Shown here one piece after another: positions 61,386 to 64,000 of a stretch of 64,000 nucleotides of DNA. Both the position numbers and the translations under genes were made by a program. Numbering within the stretch: position 1 is the stretch's first letter; each line of letters begins with the position of its first letter. Source of the DNA: Squalus acanthias (lineage: Eukaryota); contig CM059432.1 of NCBI GenBank assembly GCA_030390025.1, positions 5,394,001 through 5,458,000 on the forward strand, written 5' to 3'. The notes beneath the pieces are model-generated. The model was not told the DNA's origin and made no database searches. It saw nothing but the letters and a program-made list of their open reading frames with translations.

Positions 61386-62039
61386 GATCTTTCTTTCTTG
61401 TGTAGCTAACTCAAAATGTTGTCGATTCTAAGTAAGTAGCCCGTCAGTGGCCTGTTCAGAATCGTGCCAGTGACCAACACTAGAATCCACTAGGCTGTCC
61501 TAATTTCTGGAGACTAAGCTGCTTCATAGTTGCCTGATTGAACTGGCTTTACTCTTCATACGTCACCAGTTATTACTAGACTTTAAAACTAACAGGGATT
61601 CAGTCACACTATACTGTATTCTCCGTCCAAAAGAAATGCTGGTGCGGATTAAAGCGTAATTATCCTTCGCTGATAAAATCCCTTTTCACTTGCCTCTGAA
61701 TCGCTACAGGGGATTCTGCGCTGCATGTGTGACCACATTATAGCCTGCCTGCAAAGACTTGGAAAATGATACGTAATTGAAGAAGCCTGTGGCTGCATTC
61801 CGTATTTAACCTCTTTTAGCATTGAATGTTAATTTTAGATTTTTGAGTACAATCATGGTTTCTGTCGCATCGGCAAAGGGGATGTAGTGGTGTATAATTG
61901 GGGAGAGGAAGGGTAACGCACGTGTACGCTGTATGCGTACTGAGCACAGACTTGCTTTTAAAATGAAAACAAATATATACATGTCAGTTGTTTGAAAGAA
62001 CGAGTTAGATCACCAGTGCATTGCATACAGGAGTCGCGA

Positions 62040-62665
62040 CCCTTTGTGTGAAGAAGTGCTTCCTGACATCACCACTGAACGACCTAGCTCTGATGTTAAG
62101 GTTATGCCCCCTTGTTCTGGACTTTTTTTAATATTCATTCACGGGATGTGGGCGTCGCTGGCAAGGCCGGCATTTATTGCCCATCCCTAATTGCCCTCGA
62201 GAAGGAGGTGGTGAGCCACCTTCTTGAATACAACTGAGTGTCTTGCTCGGCCATTTCAGAGGGCAGTTAAGAGTCAACCACATTGCTGTGGGTCTGGAGT
62301 CACATATAGGCCAGACCGGGTAAGGACGGCAGATTTCCTTCCCTAAAGGACAGTAGTGAACCAGATGGGTTTTTATGACAATTCGGTAGTTTCATGGTCA
62401 CTATTACTGACACTACTTTTAATTCCAGATTTATTTAATTAACTGAATTTAAATTCCCCAGCCTCTGGATTACTAGTCCAGTAACATAACCACTATGCTA
62501 CCGTACCCCGTACTCCCCCCATCAGAGAAAATGGTTTCTCTCTATCTACCTTATCAACTCCTTTGATCATCTTAAAACACCGCAATTAGTTTACCCCTCA
62601 ATCTTCCGTACTCCAGAGAATACAAGCCTAGTCTGTGCAACCTGTCCTCGTAATTTAACCCTTTC
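62040..62665 (-). mobile_element. CR1 fragment interrupted by a minus-strand copy of the second SINE family (62124-62510)
   Basis: CR1 ...gttctggact resumes as actccccc after a SINE that is the reverse complement of 55301-55915. Confidence 0.8.
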
Positions 62666-62711
62666 AATGTGTGTGGGGGAGAGAATTTTTAGCTTCCAAT
62701 ATATTTCGATA

Positions 62712-63025
62712 TGCCTCCCAAACCCGCGACCTCTACCACCTAGAAGGACAAGGGCAGCAGGCGCATGGGAACACCACCACCTCCAAGTTCCCCTCCAAGT
62801 CACACACCATCCTGACTCGGAACTATATCGCCATTTCTTCATCGTCGCTGGGTCACACTCCTGGAACTCCCTCCCTAACAGCACTGTGCGAGTACCTTCA
62901 CCATATGGACTGCAGCGGTTCAAGAAGGCGGCTCACCACCACCTTCTCGAGGGCAATTAGGGATGGGCAATAAATGCTGGCCTTGCCAGCGACGTCCACA
63001 TCCCCATAACGAATATTAAAAAAAA
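62712..63025 (+). mobile_element. Second CR1-group LINE 3' end
   Basis: Matches 25377-25678. Confidence 0.82.
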
Positions 63026-63420
63026 TTGCCGATTGAATCAGTGTCACCAATATTGAAAATGCTAACATTAAAAATTGGGTTGATTTACAGGGAGAATATA
63101 TTTTAAATTGGAATAAATTGCCAGAGACAAAGTTGTTTTATTTGCTTTTTTTTTTCATTTCTATTTTTTTTTTGGACATGTTTTTATCTGCTATGGGAAT
63201 CATCCATTTCAGTTCTCATCTCCTGAACATCTTTTGTTTCTTGAATTGCTCCTGCTGATTATCCAAGTTGTGGGGGTTAGTCTGTGACAGCCACAAGGAA
63301 ATGTTCTGAAAGTCTCATTCAAACACTTGGTGAAGAGGCCAGAAATTCTGATGTATTGCTTTAGATTTAAAATATTTTCAGCGGTGGGTTATATCCATAT
63401 TGGCTGATCAGATTCAGTCA

Positions 63421-64000
63421 GATAAGAACATAAGGACGAGGAGCAGGAGTAGGCCTTTTGGCCCTTCTAGCCTGCTCCGCCATTCAGTAAGATCATGGCT
63501 GATCTTCTACCTCAACTCTACCTTCCTGCACTATCCCCATATCCATTGATTCCCCTAATATCCAAAAATCTATCGATCTCTGTCTTGAATATACTCAACG
63601 ACTGAGCATCCACAGCTCTCTGGGGTAGAGAATTCCAAAGATTCACCACCCTCTGAGTGAAGAAATTCCTCCTCACCTCAGTCCTAAATGGCCGACCCCT
63701 TATCCTGAGACTGTGACCCCTGGTTCTAGACTCCTCAGCCAGGGGAAACATCCTCCCAGCATCTACCCTGTCAAGCCCTGTAAGAATTTTATGTTTGAAT
63801 GAGTTTACCTCTCATTCTTCTAAATTCTAGAGAATATAGGCCTAGTCTACTCAATCTCTCCTCACAGGACAATCCCCCCATCCCAGGAATCAGTCTGGTG
63901 AACCTTCATTGCACTCCCTCTATGGCAAGTATATCCTTCCTTAGGTAAGGAGACCAAAACTGTAGACAATACTCCAGGTGTGGTCTCACCAGGGCCCTAT
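63421..64000 (-). mobile_element. CR1 3' fragment running off the window
   Basis: CR1 tail and FPLAEESRTRGHSLRIRG... Confidence 0.92.

Noticed and set aside
60267..64000. LAPTM4B exon 3
   Set aside because: No segment resembling the expected MCIAIAISLLM-like peptide was found; it probably lies beyond the window.

Overview
Vertebrate genomic DNA, most likely a shark or other cartilaginous fish, judged from the repeat complement (CR1, L2, Deu-domain SINEs, Penelope termini, Harbinger derivatives). The only recognisable host gene is LAPTM4B on the + strand: coding exon 1 at 36412-36507 and exon 2 at 60155-60266, separated by a 23.6 kb repeat-filled intron. The gene continues beyond the window. 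Bases ~2550-15635 are a ~13 kb G-rich, pentamer-based minisatellite (dominant unit 31 bp) with higher-order duplications; the very long Pro/His/Ser ORFs in the track are artefacts of it. The rest is nested transposons: a near full-length CR1 inside an old Penelope element, many CR1/L2/SINE fragments, an RTE insertion with target-site duplication (TSD), three Harbinger-type TIR elements (one with a Myb/SANT remnant) and a probable solo LTR. The best leads are (i) minimal hammerhead-ribozyme motifs in Penelope termini, one with an intact core at 58259-58294 on the sense strand of the LAPTM4B intron and others beside and inside the minisatellite; (ii) a perfect 27-bp inverted repeat bracketing LAPTM4B exon 1; (iii) the G4/switch-region-like satellite; (iv) recurrent SINE-to-LINE chimeric junctions. 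Repeat boundaries were read by eye and are approximate; no database search was run.
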